Notes: generated by a model not told the origin, from the letters alone. Shown: positions 29,384-39,761, counted from the first letter of the stretch. The stretch: DNA of 64,000 nucleotides from an uncultured delta proteobacterium (GCA_963711835.1 CAVQFQ010000004.1:256001-320000), one strand, 5' to 3'. Translations and numbers: made by a program.

Positions 29384-30511
29384 ATGAAACCCTTCGAGAT
29401 CATTGGGGAGGAGGTTTTAAACAGCGTCATCCAAAGCATCAACGCCGCCGTCATCCTCCATGACCGGCGCTTGAAAGTCATTTTTATCAATGATTCCTTC
29501 GAAGAAATCTTCGAAATCAAAAAAGAGCAGGCCCTGGGAAAATCCCCTTTAGAGTTTTTACCCGATTTCGACCAGCGTCACAAAGACGCGATCGTAAACC
29601 GTCTACAGAACACATTGCTGACAGGGACCAAAAGCCCCGTTCACGAATTCACCTATTATACTCCTACCGGGAAATTGCATTATCTGACCGCCATCTCCAT
29701 TCCCATCTTTGATCCCTCGCAGCGGATCAGCCATGTCATGTCCATTGTCAGCGATCATACCAGCCAGAAAAAATTGGAGCGGGAACTTATCGAAGCCGCG
29801 AAGCTTTCCTCCGTTGCCGATATGGCCTATCCTCTGGCCCATGAAATAAATAACCCCTTAACCGGCATCAAGTTAGGGCTCTCCACCCTTTATCAAAGCC
29901 TTCAGAAAAAAGAAAATATCCATATTTTAGACGGTATCATGAAAGATCTGGGCCGCATTCAGAAAACGGTCCAGGCCTTTTTAAATGCCCAAAAGTCCCA
30001 ATACCGGCTAAAGATGAGGCATCAAGCCGTCATCAGAGAAATTATCGAGGAGGTCCTCTTTCACCTGGGCGGCCAATTGGATTTGCAGAGCATCCGGGTC
30101 AAAAAATCCTTTGCCAAAAAAGAGGCCAACCTCTTGATGGATCGCGACAAACTTTACCAGCTCTTTTTAAACCTGCTCCTCAATGCCATCCAGGCCATAC
30201 CGGATGGGGGCCAAATTACTATTTCCACCCAGATTAAAAAACTCACCAAGGCCCCGGACCGGAATCTGACCCATCTCTGCATCCTCCTCTCCGATAGCGG
30301 CACGGGCATTGAACCCCAGCATTTATCACAGATTTTTAAGCCTTTTTTTACTTCTAAATCCTTCGGAACGGGTCTGGGCCTTTCTATTTGCAAAGAAATT
30401 GTTGCCGCTCACAAGGGCTTTATTCAGGTCGATAGCCAGATGGGTAAGGGAACGGCCATCCGGATCTTTTTACCGGTTTTAAGAGAGGAAAGTCCAGACT
30501 CATGGAGATAA
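29384..30511 (+). CDS. Cytoplasmic PAS histidine kinase
   Basis: PAS domain, AHEINNPL, NLLLNAIQA, DSGTGI, PFFTSK, GTGLGL; no TM helix. Confidence 0.92.
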   Translation: MKPFEIIGEEVLNSVIQSINAAVILHDRRLKVIFINDSFEEIFEIKKEQALGKSPLEFLPDFDQRHKDAIVNRLQNTLLTGTKSPVHEFTYYTPTGKLHYLTAISIPIFDPSQRISHVMSIVSDHTSQKKLERELIEAAKLSSVADMAYPLAHEINNPLTGIKLGLSTLYQSLQKKENIHILDGIMKDLGRIQKTVQAFLNAQKSQYRLKMRHQAVIREIIEEVLFHLGGQLDLQSIRVKKSFAKKEANLLMDRDKLYQLFLNLLLNAIQAIPDGGQITISTQIKKLTKAPDRNLTHLCILLSDSGTGIEPQHLSQIFKPFFTSKSFGTGLGLSICKEIVAAHKGFIQVDSQMGKGTAIRIFLPVLREESPDSWR

Positions 30512-31926
30512 CCCGAAGCATCATGATCGTTGATGATGAAGAAAATATCCGAAAATATCTCAGCCATTCTTTGACTCAGGACGGTTTCGAGGTCTATACC
30601 GCCCAATACGGCAAGGAAGGCCTTAACCTCCTGCTTCAAAAACAGATCGACCTGATTCTTCTGGACTTAAATCTTCCCGACATTAACGGCCTGGAAGTCC
30701 TGAGAGAAATAAAAAAAATGGACGTCCAATCCATCGTCGTCATCATCACCGCCTATGGGGATATCAGCAGCGCAGTCAATGCCATCAAACTCGGGGCTTA
30801 TGACTATCTGACCAAGCCTTTTGATTACAACGACATCAAAATCGTCATCAACAAAGCGCTGCAACTCATCAGCCTGGAGAATCGTATTGAAGTTTTGGAA
30901 AGACAGATCGATCGTTATCAATACGGAGAACTCATTGCCCGGAGCAAGAAGATGCATGATATCTTTGAGCTGGCCGACCGTATCGCCCAGACTCAGAGCA
31001 CGGTGATTATTTACGGTGAAACCGGTACCGGGAAGGAATTAATCGCTGCGCTGATTCACCGAAAAAGCCCCCGGGCCAAACTCCCTTTTGTAACCATTGA
31101 TTGCACTTCCCTGCCGGAAAATCTTTTGGAAAGCGAACTTTTCGGCCACGAGAAAGGGGCCTTTACCGGGGCCGTGGCCCTTAAACGGGGGCTATTTCAG
31201 GTGGCTCATGAAGGAACCATTTTTTTAGACGAGATTGGAGATCTGGACATCAAGCTCCAGGCCAAGATCCTGCGCATCCTCGAAACCAAAACCTTTCGCA
31301 GAGTGGGCGGTGAAAAATTCCTGGAAACCGATGTGCGCATCATTGCCGCCACCAATCGGGATTTGAAGCATCTGGTCGAAGAAGAACGATTCCGGCAAGA
31401 TCTTTATTATCGCCTGAATGTAGTTCCCGTCACCTTGCCTCCCCTGCGGGAACGGAAGGAGGATATCTTTCCTTTAATTGAATATTTTATTGAAATATTT
31501 AATAAAAAAATAGGAAGAAAAATATTTCATATTTCCAACGAGGCAGTCAAAGCCATGATCGAATATCCATGGCCGGGAAATATCCGGGAGTTAAAAAACG
31601 TGGTGGAACATGTGATTATCACCAGTCAACAGGAAAGCATCGGATTGGAAAATCTGCCCTTGGAAATCCGCCGCGAATCGAAGGACCATTATTTTCAGGT
31701 GCCGGCCCTGCCCTCGAGTGAATCCATACCCTGGCCCGATTTCCGAACCGCCAAGAAGAAGATCATAGAGGCCTTTGAATATAATTATTTTAAAAAATTA
31801 CTTGAAAAGAACAACGGCAATATTTCTGAATGCGCCCGAAATCTAAAAATGCAGCGCAGCAATTTTCAGAGGTTGATCAGGAAATATAAACTGAGTCATC
31901 ACCCCAAAGGGGTTCAGGGGTCTTGA
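30502..31926 (+). CDS. Sigma54-dependent response regulator (NtrC family)
   Basis: Receiver, GETGTGKE, GAFTGA, FLDEIGD, WPGNIREL, C-terminal HTH; last ~9 codons and the stop come from the MITE. Confidence 0.95.
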   Translation: MEITRSIMIVDDEENIRKYLSHSLTQDGFEVYTAQYGKEGLNLLLQKQIDLILLDLNLPDINGLEVLREIKKMDVQSIVVIITAYGDISSAVNAIKLGAYDYLTKPFDYNDIKIVINKALQLISLENRIEVLERQIDRYQYGELIARSKKMHDIFELADRIAQTQSTVIIYGETGTGKELIAALIHRKSPRAKLPFVTIDCTSLPENLLESELFGHEKGAFTGAVALKRGLFQVAHEGTIFLDEIGDLDIKLQAKILRILETKTFRRVGGEKFLETDVRIIAATNRDLKHLVEEERFRQDLYYRLNVVPVTLPPLRERKEDIFPLIEYFIEIFNKKIGRKIFHISNEAVKAMIEYPWPGNIRELKNVVEHVIITSQQESIGLENLPLEIRRESKDHYFQVPALPSSESIPWPDFRTAKKKIIEAFEYNYFKKLLEKNNGNISECARNLKMQRSNFQRLIRKYKLSHHPKGVQGS

Positions 31927-32231
31927 TTTCAAGGATTGTCCGCCAAAACGCCGGCAGCCTGAACCCGGGCAGGAAGTTTATAATGGGGTTTAGAAACAGG
32001 CCAACACCAAAGTCCCGCCGAGGCGGGATGAATGCCCGGCTCCTAACCAACTTAGTCCGCCGCGGCGGACGGGCCGGGTTCTTCGCATCCAAAACAATGC
32101 TCAGTCCCACTCCTGCGGAGTGGATCCCAGTTTGGGGCTACGGATTGCCTTTCGGACAACCTTGAAATCAAGACCCCTGAACCCCTCTATGAATGGGTAG
32201 CTTAATAATCCCGTAACTTTGGGACAAACTC
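31898..32231. mobile_element. MITE family 1, copy 2 (left TIR missing)
   Basis: Nearly identical to 22728-23062; right TIR GTAACTTTGGGACAAACTC. Confidence 0.85.
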
Positions 32232-32290
32232 AAGTCTTTTCATCCGGCCCATCCAGATTATCTTTTTTGACGCAAATCCATTTTTAAGCA

Positions 32291-32446
32291 TGCACCATAA
32301 ATGATTCACCTATTAATTAAATAAAACATAATGATTCCAATAGGTTTAAAATGACCATAATAATTCCAACACGTTACCCTAAAATATTAAAATATATAAC
32401 AAATTCAATTTGTTAAAAGATGAGTATTTTTGGCATGAATCTTGGT
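32291..32446 (+). promoter_or_regulatory. Putative sigma54 promoter region of the catabolic operon
   Basis: TGGCAT-N5-TTGGT (32431-32446; -12 GC is GG), IHF-like ATTCAATTTGTTA (32403-32415), NtrC-box-like TGCACCA-N4-TGATTCA (32291-32308), AT-rich spacer. Confidence 0.55.
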
Positions 32447-32491
32447 TTAGAAAGCCTCAAGAAAAATCCTGCAGGGTTAGAGGGTGACGGA

Positions 32492-33460
32492 ATGGGAAGC
32501 TTTGTGAGGTTTTTTCAGGTAATGACCAAACAAGACATCCAGGAAGCAGGTGGGAAAGCCGCCAACTTGGGCGAGCTTACCCAAGCGGGTTTTACTGTGC
32601 CTCCCGGTTTTTGTGTGACCGCCAATTCCCTTTCCCATCATATAAAAGAGAACGATCTTCAAGAAAAAATCGAAAAGATCGCAGCCGGTTTTAATTATGA
32701 AGACTATGGAGAGATTGAATCTAAAACCTCCGCTATCCGATCCCTGATTACCGCAGTCCCTATTCCCGAAGATCTTGAAAAGGAATTAAAAGAGGCCATT
32801 CAACAATTAACCAACCATGACCGTCATTTGGTAGCCGTGCGTTCCTCGGTGGCGGTAAAAGGAAGCCCTATTTCCTCCTTCCCGGGGATGATGGACACCT
32901 TCCATTATTTGGCCGGCCAGGAGGAAATCATAGGCCACATTAAAATGTGCTGGGCTTCCCTCTGGACTTCCCGGGCCACCTACAACCGTTTTCATAAGCA
33001 TATCGACCATAACCTCGGCCTTATTGCCCCGATCGTCCAGCAGATGATCAACCCGGAAGTGGCCGGTATCCTTTTTACCGCCAACCCGATTACCAGCGCC
33101 AGAGACGAAATGGTGATCGAATCCAACTGGGGATTGGGGGAATCGGTTGTTTCGGGAAAGTCCATGAATGACTTTTTCGCCCTGGACAAGGCCACGCTGA
33201 CGATCAAGCAGAAGAAAATCGCCAAAAAAACCGTCATGGTTTGTTTCAACAAGGAAGCCGGGGTGGGGCGCAAGGAAATGGCCGTGGATCCTGAATTAAT
33301 GGACATCCCTACCCTTTCCGATGATCAGGTCCGGGGATTGGGGAAAACCGGCCTTCAGATCGAGACCCTCTTCGGCTCCCCCCAGGATATTGAGTGGGCC
33401 TATGCGCAAGAAAAGCAATATATTCTGCAGAGCAGGAATATAAGAAACCTGAAAGAATAA
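32492..33460 (+). CDS. Stand-alone PEP synthase/PPDK ATP-binding domain (phenylphosphate synthase subunit B-like)
   Basis: GGKAANLGEL, VPPGF, AVRSS, SFPGMMDT, VQQM, WGLGESVVSG, PQDIEWA, LQSR; no phospho-His domain. Confidence 0.85.
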   Translation: MGSFVRFFQVMTKQDIQEAGGKAANLGELTQAGFTVPPGFCVTANSLSHHIKENDLQEKIEKIAAGFNYEDYGEIESKTSAIRSLITAVPIPEDLEKELKEAIQQLTNHDRHLVAVRSSVAVKGSPISSFPGMMDTFHYLAGQEEIIGHIKMCWASLWTSRATYNRFHKHIDHNLGLIAPIVQQMINPEVAGILFTANPITSARDEMVIESNWGLGESVVSGKSMNDFFALDKATLTIKQKKIAKKTVMVCFNKEAGVGRKEMAVDPELMDIPTLSDDQVRGLGKTGLQIETLFGSPQDIEWAYAQEKQYILQSRNIRNLKE

Positions 33461-33481
33461 TCAGACAGGAGGAGCAAAACG

Positions 33482-34510
33482 ATGGCGCAAAGAACAGTCG
33501 ATGCACACAATCATTGGTACCCCAAGGAATATCTGGAATATTTGTGTAGCCGGGGGACCAAGAATTCCCCTAACGGGGTTCACGATGGCGGGACTCATTA
33601 CCGCATGTGGTATGAAGGGGTTTGTGTAGCCCATATTGATCGGGCCGGCCATTATGATTTGGATGAAAGGATAAAGGATCTGGATGCCGGGGGTCTGGAT
33701 ACCCAACTGCTCAGTGTAACCATTCCGGGGCCGGAATCCCTCGAAAAAGATGTCGGGCTTTACTGGGCAAAAAAATGCAACGACGCCTTAAAGAAGGCAA
33801 CTGAAGATTATCCGGGACGTTTTTACTTCCTGGCTTCTCTTCCTTATCAAGACCCCGATGAGGCCTGCAAGGAACTGGAACGATGCCACCAGATGGGCTG
33901 CGTCGGCATTCAGATGTTTTCCAATTTCAACTTCGAACCCATCTTTCTGGAAAAATACCACGGCATCTATGAGATTGCCAATAAGTATGAACTCCCCATG
34001 TTAATGCATCCAGCCGTTCCCATGACCAAGGATGTTATGAATACAATGCGGTTGCCCTACCAACTCTGGGGGTATACCTTAGACACCAGTATGGCCGTCA
34101 TGAGCCTTATCTTCCAGGGAGTTATGAAGAAATTCCCCAAGCTGACTATTGTGCATGGCCATTTGGGCGGCATGGTCCCTTATTTTGTACGACGGCTGCA
34201 GGACTCCTATAAGGGCTACGGCAAAGAGTGGGGGGTGGTGTTGGATGAGTCCCCCGATATTACTTATAAAAACAGGGTCTACCCGGATACCACCTCTTTT
34301 TATCACCCGGCCATGAAGTGCTGTCTGGAATGGGTCGGTCCCGAGCATATGTGCATTGGAACCGACTACGCCCACCGGGTCGGCGATCCTGAAGGGGCCA
34401 TCAAGGCGGTCAAGGAAGTAGGAGAACAAGCGGGATTGACCCAGGCCCAGGTGGATATGATCCTGGGGGGAAATCTCGAGAAACTTTTTAAACTGCCACC
34501 CCGAAAGTAA
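33482..34510 (+). CDS. Amidohydrolase-2 family protein (ACMSD/aromatic decarboxylase-like)
   Basis: DAHNH metal motif, LMHP, HGHLGG.VP, GTDY.H, ILGGN. Confidence 0.85.
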   Translation: MAQRTVDAHNHWYPKEYLEYLCSRGTKNSPNGVHDGGTHYRMWYEGVCVAHIDRAGHYDLDERIKDLDAGGLDTQLLSVTIPGPESLEKDVGLYWAKKCNDALKKATEDYPGRFYFLASLPYQDPDEACKELERCHQMGCVGIQMFSNFNFEPIFLEKYHGIYEIANKYELPMLMHPAVPMTKDVMNTMRLPYQLWGYTLDTSMAVMSLIFQGVMKKFPKLTIVHGHLGGMVPYFVRRLQDSYKGYGKEWGVVLDESPDITYKNRVYPDTTSFYHPAMKCCLEWVGPEHMCIGTDYAHRVGDPEGAIKAVKEVGEQAGLTQAQVDMILGGNLEKLFKLPPRK

Positions 34511-34562
34511 AAGAACCCGTTGGAGCTTCGTTAAAAGGGGTTTACAACAGTACTGTAGGTTT

Positions 34563-34602
34563 AGGGCGGGGGTTAGCCCCCCGCCCTTGCCCTTTTCTTT
34601 TT
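34563..34602 (+). terminator. Intra-operon hairpin or terminator
   Basis: AGGGCGGGGG-ttagc-CCCCCGCCCT followed by a T-rich tract. Confidence 0.5.
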
Positions 34603-34666
34603 TACCCAGGGTGGGTCGACCTGGGGATCAAACGAGCCAGTTAAACCTAACCTGAGGGAAAGAACC

Positions 34667-35401
34667 ATGTTGGAAGTCAAATGGTGCGGCTTTGACTACG
34701 GACAATGCATCATGGAACCGGGTGGGCTCAGAAATCCCCTTGTTTTTGGAGATATTTACAAGGCCCTGGGAAAGCCGGAGCTGATCTCGGAAAAGATACA
34801 CAAGTACCGGATCCTCAAGGAAAAATACGGCAGCTACGGCCGAATTAAAGAGGGCCATCGCGATGAAATTTACAGTTTTGTCCTGGACAATGACCCCAAG
34901 GCTTCAGAGCTTTTTGGCGAGAAAGAGCAGGAATACCTGGACATAGGTACCGGGCTGGAGGAGGCCCTGGCCTATCTTCACGACCAGGGAATCGAGTTGC
35001 AGGTTGTTTCAGAAATGAAAAAAACGTTGGGGGCTGTGGGAACCGACATGGTTTCCCGGTTCCTTAAAAGAAGAGGGCTGGTCAAATACTTCCAGGAACT
35101 GGTCACCCCCCAAGGCAAGATCGATTTGACCAACGACCAAATTGACTTGCGCTATAAAGGATACACTAAAGAAAGCGGAACCCTTTATGATGTCCTAGCT
35201 CAAGAATTGAAGGAAAAAGGAATCGAACCCGATGAAGCGGTCATGGTCGGAGACAAACCGGAAACCGATATCAATCCGGCTCATGACCGAGGCTTCAAAA
35301 CCATTCAATATACGGGCTTTATTGACTTGGGTCCTTCCAAAGCCGACCTGGTCATTCGTTCTTTTCAGGAATTAAAAACCATCCTGAAGAAAAAGGGGTA
35401 A
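34667..35401 (+). CDS. HAD-superfamily hydrolase
   Basis: Motif I GFDYG, motif IV MVGDKPETDI, C-terminal ADLVIRSFQEL. Confidence 0.8.
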   Translation: MLEVKWCGFDYGQCIMEPGGLRNPLVFGDIYKALGKPELISEKIHKYRILKEKYGSYGRIKEGHRDEIYSFVLDNDPKASELFGEKEQEYLDIGTGLEEALAYLHDQGIELQVVSEMKKTLGAVGTDMVSRFLKRRGLVKYFQELVTPQGKIDLTNDQIDLRYKGYTKESGTLYDVLAQELKEKGIEPDEAVMVGDKPETDINPAHDRGFKTIQYTGFIDLGPSKADLVIRSFQELKTILKKKG

Positions 35402-35405
35402 TCAC

Positions 35406-36035
35406 GTGGCCGCATTGAAGCCTTTTCACTTAACCATGGAATACGAAGATGGAACAAAAACCACCCTCCCCTTCGGTGCGCTTCCCCTGACCTTGCAAGC
35501 CGAACTTATGCGACAGCCCGCCTTTAGCCGCCCCAGTCCCGATCCGGAAAACGAAAACTTTTTACTTCTGGAATGGGAGGACGGCTGGATAGAGGTTATC
35601 AAAGTCGATAGCGACTGCCGGGAAATCAATCGGTATTACGTTATCAACCGCCCCGAGGACAGCGGCCGACTATCCCTGACCAGAAAAAACGGCTATCCGG
35701 AATTGATTGAAATCAACCGCAAACCGCTTCAACTCAAAAAAATCCATTTCATGGATTCCTTTGGACTGAACCTGAAAAAATCGGTCCGGGAAGGAAAAAA
35801 AACAGACCACTTCTTCACCCTGGAAAAATGCGAACCGGTCCTTTCGGAAATTCTGGCTCGTTTCAAAAGAATCGTCAAACAGGAAGGATTGGATCTTTCT
35901 CGTCTGAGGCCTCCATCTTCCGGACAGGAAGATGAGGATTATCAGAAGGTCTGGCAAGGGCTGGGCATCCTGGCTGGTCAGCGCCAGCAGGATGTCTTTG
36001 ATTTTATCACCTGCTTGGCCAAAAAGGCCACTTAG
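35406..36035 (+). CDS. Hypothetical protein in the catabolic operon
   Basis: 209-aa ORF packed tightly between HAD and OYE; no motif recognised. Confidence 0.65.
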   Translation: MAALKPFHLTMEYEDGTKTTLPFGALPLTLQAELMRQPAFSRPSPDPENENFLLLEWEDGWIEVIKVDSDCREINRYYVINRPEDSGRLSLTRKNGYPELIEINRKPLQLKKIHFMDSFGLNLKKSVREGKKTDHFFTLEKCEPVLSEILARFKRIVKQEGLDLSRLRPPSSGQEDEDYQKVWQGLGILAGQRQQDVFDFITCLAKKAT

Positions 36036-36057
36036 GTTCTAAAAAAGGGAAAAGGCC

Positions 36058-37188
36058 ATGACGCTCTTTAAACCGTATTCCATTCATAACAAACTCGCCT
36101 TGAACAATCACATCATGATGCCTCCGGTAGTCACCCGTCTGGCCACCACTGAGGGCCAAGTGACCGAGGCCTTGATCGATCGCTATGTCCTCTATGGAAA
36201 AGGAGGGGCTGGGATTGTAGTCACCGAGGCCGTATCCGTTAAGAAGCAAAAAAGCGGTCAGCTTCTGCGTCTCAGTGACGATGCCTTTGTCCCCGGCCTG
36301 AAGGAATTGACCAGCCGTTTTCATCAGGAGACCAACTCCAGGATCGCCCCCCAGATTATACACTTTCTCAAGATCGCCAAGAGCGGGTACCGCCAGAAGG
36401 TGGAGGACCTGACGCTGGAGGAGGTCCGGGAAATACCCGGTCTTTTCGCCCAGGCCGCCTACCGGGCCCGCCAGGCTGGTTTTGATGCCGTGGAACTCCA
36501 CTTTGCTCATGCCTATACCATGTCTTCGTTTCTCTCGCGTTACAATCACCGAAAGGATGAGTATGGAGGGAACCTTGAGAATCGTCTTCGTTTGGCCTTA
36601 GAGGTGGTTCAGGCCGCACGAAAGGCTGTCGGAGAGGATATCGTATTGGGTGCCCGGATGAACGGGGATGAATTCACCTTGGGGGGGAACACCCTCGAAC
36701 AAACCCGAAAGATTGCCCTCCGATTGGCTGAACTGGGTCTGGATTATCTGAGCATCTCGGCCGGCGGGAAATTTGAAGACGCCCTGCAAAAGGAAGGAGA
36801 GTCTCTGGATCCTTATACCGGTTACAGTGGCAATCGTTCCATGCCTCCCCTTTGGATGCCCGAAAAAGTGAATGTCTACCTGGCGGCGGATCTTAAACGC
36901 ACCTTGAAGCAAGCCGGCTTTTCTCCAACAGTCATCACGGCTGGACGGATCCCCACGGCCCAAGTGGCCGAGGGCATCCTGGCCAACCAGGAAGCCGACA
37001 TGGTGGCCATAGCCCGGCCTATTCTCTGTGACCCTTATTGGCCTAAAAAGCACCAGGAAGGCCGTGAAAAGGACATCGTAAAATGTATCTACTGCAACAA
37101 GTGCCGTGAGGCGGAAGGCGCCTTTGAGGAAGTAACTTGTTTTCAGTGGCAAAAGAAGGACGGAACCACCCGGATCCCTAACCCATAA
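36058..37188 (+). CDS. NADH:flavin oxidoreductase (OYE domain plus C-terminal Cys cluster, no FAD domain)
   Basis: FDAVELHFAHAY...FLS, DEYGG.LENR, CIYCNKC...C. Confidence 0.88.
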   Translation: MTLFKPYSIHNKLALNNHIMMPPVVTRLATTEGQVTEALIDRYVLYGKGGAGIVVTEAVSVKKQKSGQLLRLSDDAFVPGLKELTSRFHQETNSRIAPQIIHFLKIAKSGYRQKVEDLTLEEVREIPGLFAQAAYRARQAGFDAVELHFAHAYTMSSFLSRYNHRKDEYGGNLENRLRLALEVVQAARKAVGEDIVLGARMNGDEFTLGGNTLEQTRKIALRLAELGLDYLSISAGGKFEDALQKEGESLDPYTGYSGNRSMPPLWMPEKVNVYLAADLKRTLKQAGFSPTVITAGRIPTAQVAEGILANQEADMVAIARPILCDPYWPKKHQEGREKDIVKCIYCNKCREAEGAFEEVTCFQWQKKDGTTRIPNP

Positions 37189-37262
37189 TCACTAGACCGG
37201 TGCGGACTGATTCTTTTTCCCCTTTTTGAATCAGGACGTCTCCTTCGAGGAATTGGGCCATT

Positions 37263-38933
37263 ATGAATCTGGAAGGGTTTACCCCGTACGATTCAAAGGC
37301 GGTTGACCGGTACGAAAAGAAGCGCTGGTGGCTGGGCATAACCCTGGGGGATATGTTCGACAAGACCAGCGACCTTTATCCGGCCAAAGAAGCCCTGGTT
37401 GGGGAGGGCAAGCGCTACACCTATGGCCGGTTACGCCAGGTGGTGGATACGCTGGCCCACCGGTTGCTTCAAGAAGGATTCCGTCCCGGCGACCGGGTAT
37501 TGCTTCAACTGCCGAACTGGCCGGAATTTGTCATCTCCTACTTTGCCCTTCAAAAGGCCGGCCTGATTATGGTCCTGCTGACAGTAAACCATACCGCCCG
37601 TGAAGTCTCCCACCTGGCCGGCCTCACCCAGCCCAAAGGTTGGATCCTTCCCCGCCGCTACCGGAAGATTGATTTTTTGCCCCTCGTCCAGCAGGTCAGA
37701 GGGCAGAACCCCATTCTGGAAAAAATCATTTTTTTAAATCCAACCCGTCCGGAACTCGAAAAAGGGGATCTCTGGTTTGATGACCTGATCGAAATTCGGG
37801 CCGAACCGGACAGCCTGCAGAAAACCCTGGAAAAGATCCGTCCCGATCCCGGTCAGGTCTGCCAAATATTGCCTTCCGGAGGGACCACCGGACTTCCCAA
37901 AGGGGCTCCCCGGACCCATAACGATTACATCTGTAATATCGAATATAAATCTCGTGCTTGGGATATAAATGTAACGGATACCTGTTTAGTAGCCTCCACG
38001 GCAGGACACAATTTAGCCTTACTGGTGTGTGTCACCGGGCCGATTTTTCACGGGGCCAAAGTGGTCATGATGGACTCGACCTATCCCAAAGACTTCTGCC
38101 AACTGGTCCAAGATGAAAAGGTGACTTGTACAGGTATGGTGCCCACCTTGATCAGCCGCATTGTCAGTTATGAAGATCTCGGAAATTTTGATTTGACCAG
38201 TCTTAAAAAAATTTATGTCGGAGCGGCCAACAGTCCTCCCGAACTGGTTCGAAATGTAGAAGTGAAAATCGGAGCCCGCTACATAAATGCCTTCGGCATG
38301 GTCGAGGGCCCCTGCTCCCAGTCCCGCCCAGCGGACGCCATCGAGATTCGATATAACACGATCGGAAGGCCCGTCTGCCCCTACGATCAATTCATTACCC
38401 TGGACCAGGCGGGAAGTCCAACCCTTCCCGGCCTGGAAGGTGAAATGGCCGCCAAAGGCCCAGGTGTATTTACCGGCTACTTCAAAAATCCCCAAGCCAA
38501 CCAGAAAAGCTTTACACCCGATGGCTATTTTCGTACCGGTGATCTGGCCGTCATCGACCAGCAAGGCCTCATCCGAATTACGGGTCGGATAAAAGACATT
38601 ATAATCCGGGGAGGAGAAAATATTGCAGCTCGAGATGTGGAGGATCTCATTTCCTCCCATCCCAAGGTTGAATATGTGGCTGCAGTGGGAATGCCTGATC
38701 CCGACCTGGGAGAGCAGATATGCGCCTACATTAAAGTTGTGGAAGGGACCAGCCTTTCTTCAGACGAATTGCTGCAGTATTTGCTGATAATGGAGGCCCC
38801 CAAGGCCCATATCCCGGCCCGAATTGAACTGGTTTCCTCGATTCCGCTTACCGCGGCAGGCAAGGCCGACAAGAAGGTCCTTAAAAACGCTATTGAAGAA
38901 AAATTGAAAGCGGAGGGTAAGATCCAGGTCTGA
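37263..38933 (+). CDS. Aryl-acid adenylating/CoA ligase (DhbE-like subfamily)
   Basis: SGGTTGLPKGAPRTHNDY, AGHN, FGMVEG, YFRTGD, GRIKD.IIRGGENI. Confidence 0.8.
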   Translation: MNLEGFTPYDSKAVDRYEKKRWWLGITLGDMFDKTSDLYPAKEALVGEGKRYTYGRLRQVVDTLAHRLLQEGFRPGDRVLLQLPNWPEFVISYFALQKAGLIMVLLTVNHTAREVSHLAGLTQPKGWILPRRYRKIDFLPLVQQVRGQNPILEKIIFLNPTRPELEKGDLWFDDLIEIRAEPDSLQKTLEKIRPDPGQVCQILPSGGTTGLPKGAPRTHNDYICNIEYKSRAWDINVTDTCLVASTAGHNLALLVCVTGPIFHGAKVVMMDSTYPKDFCQLVQDEKVTCTGMVPTLISRIVSYEDLGNFDLTSLKKIYVGAANSPPELVRNVEVKIGARYINAFGMVEGPCSQSRPADAIEIRYNTIGRPVCPYDQFITLDQAGSPTLPGLEGEMAAKGPGVFTGYFKNPQANQKSFTPDGYFRTGDLAVIDQQGLIRITGRIKDIIIRGGENIAARDVEDLISSHPKVEYVAAVGMPDPDLGEQICAYIKVVEGTSLSSDELLQYLLIMEAPKAHIPARIELVSSIPLTAAGKADKKVLKNAIEEKLKAEGKIQV

Positions 38934-38978
38934 CTTCTATCCAGGCCAGGCTATCAACAGAAAGAAAGGAGAACCAAG

Positions 38979-39740
38979 ATGAACTTGAAGGGGAAAACCG
39001 CCATCATTACCGGAGGAGCCCGGGGAATCGGGAAGGCTATTGCCTTGCGCCTGGCCCGTGACGGAGCCAACATCGGTCTGCTGGATATCCAAAAGGAGGT
39101 TGCTGAAAAAACCAGCCTGGAGATTCAGGCCCTTGGGGTGAAGGCCTTGTCCCTGACCTGTGATGCTACCGTTTATGACCAGGTTAAGGAATCGGTGGCC
39201 AAGATGGTTCAAACCTTCGGCTCACTCGATATCCTGATCAATAACGCCGGCATGGATGTTTCCAAATTCTTTGTTGATACCGACCAGGCCCTCTGGGACC
39301 GGGTGATCAGCGTCAATTATAGAAGTTTTTTAATAACCACCCATGTCTGTCTGCCCTATATGATCCAACAGAACAGCGGCAACATTGTCAGCTTGGGATC
39401 AGACGCCGGCCGCGTTGGAAACTCCGGCGAGGTTCTTTATTGCGGCACGAAAGCGGCCATTATGGCCAGTTCCAAGGCCCTGGCCCGCGAACTGGCCCGA
39501 TACAATATCCGGGTCAATTGCGTCAGTCCGGGCCCAGTCCAAACCGACCTCTTAGCCGGGCTTCATGAAGGAGAAAAGGGGAAAAAGATCATGGAAGCCG
39601 TGGCTAAAATGATCCCCATGAGACGCCTTGGAGAACCGGAAGATGTGGCCGATGTAGTGGCTTTCTTTGTCAGCGAAGACTCCCGCTATCTCACCGGGCA
39701 GGTCTTGAGCGTGGACGGCGGTTTGACCATGATCGGCTAA
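38979..39740 (+). CDS. SDR dehydrogenase (BadH-like cyclic hydroxyacyl-CoA dehydrogenase)
   Basis: TGGARGIG, NNAG, SDAGRVG.SGE..Y...K, CVSPGP.QT. Confidence 0.75.
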   Translation: MNLKGKTAIITGGARGIGKAIALRLARDGANIGLLDIQKEVAEKTSLEIQALGVKALSLTCDATVYDQVKESVAKMVQTFGSLDILINNAGMDVSKFFVDTDQALWDRVISVNYRSFLITTHVCLPYMIQQNSGNIVSLGSDAGRVGNSGEVLYCGTKAAIMASSKALARELARYNIRVNCVSPGPVQTDLLAGLHEGEKGKKIMEAVAKMIPMRRLGEPEDVADVVAFFVSEDSRYLTGQVLSVDGGLTMIG

Positions 39741-39761
39741 TCCCGAAGGAAGGAGTGACCT

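Noticed and set aside
34667-34720. HAD motif I lacking the second Asp (FDYG)
   Set aside because: DxG variants are common among HAD-IA hydrolases, so this is not unusual.
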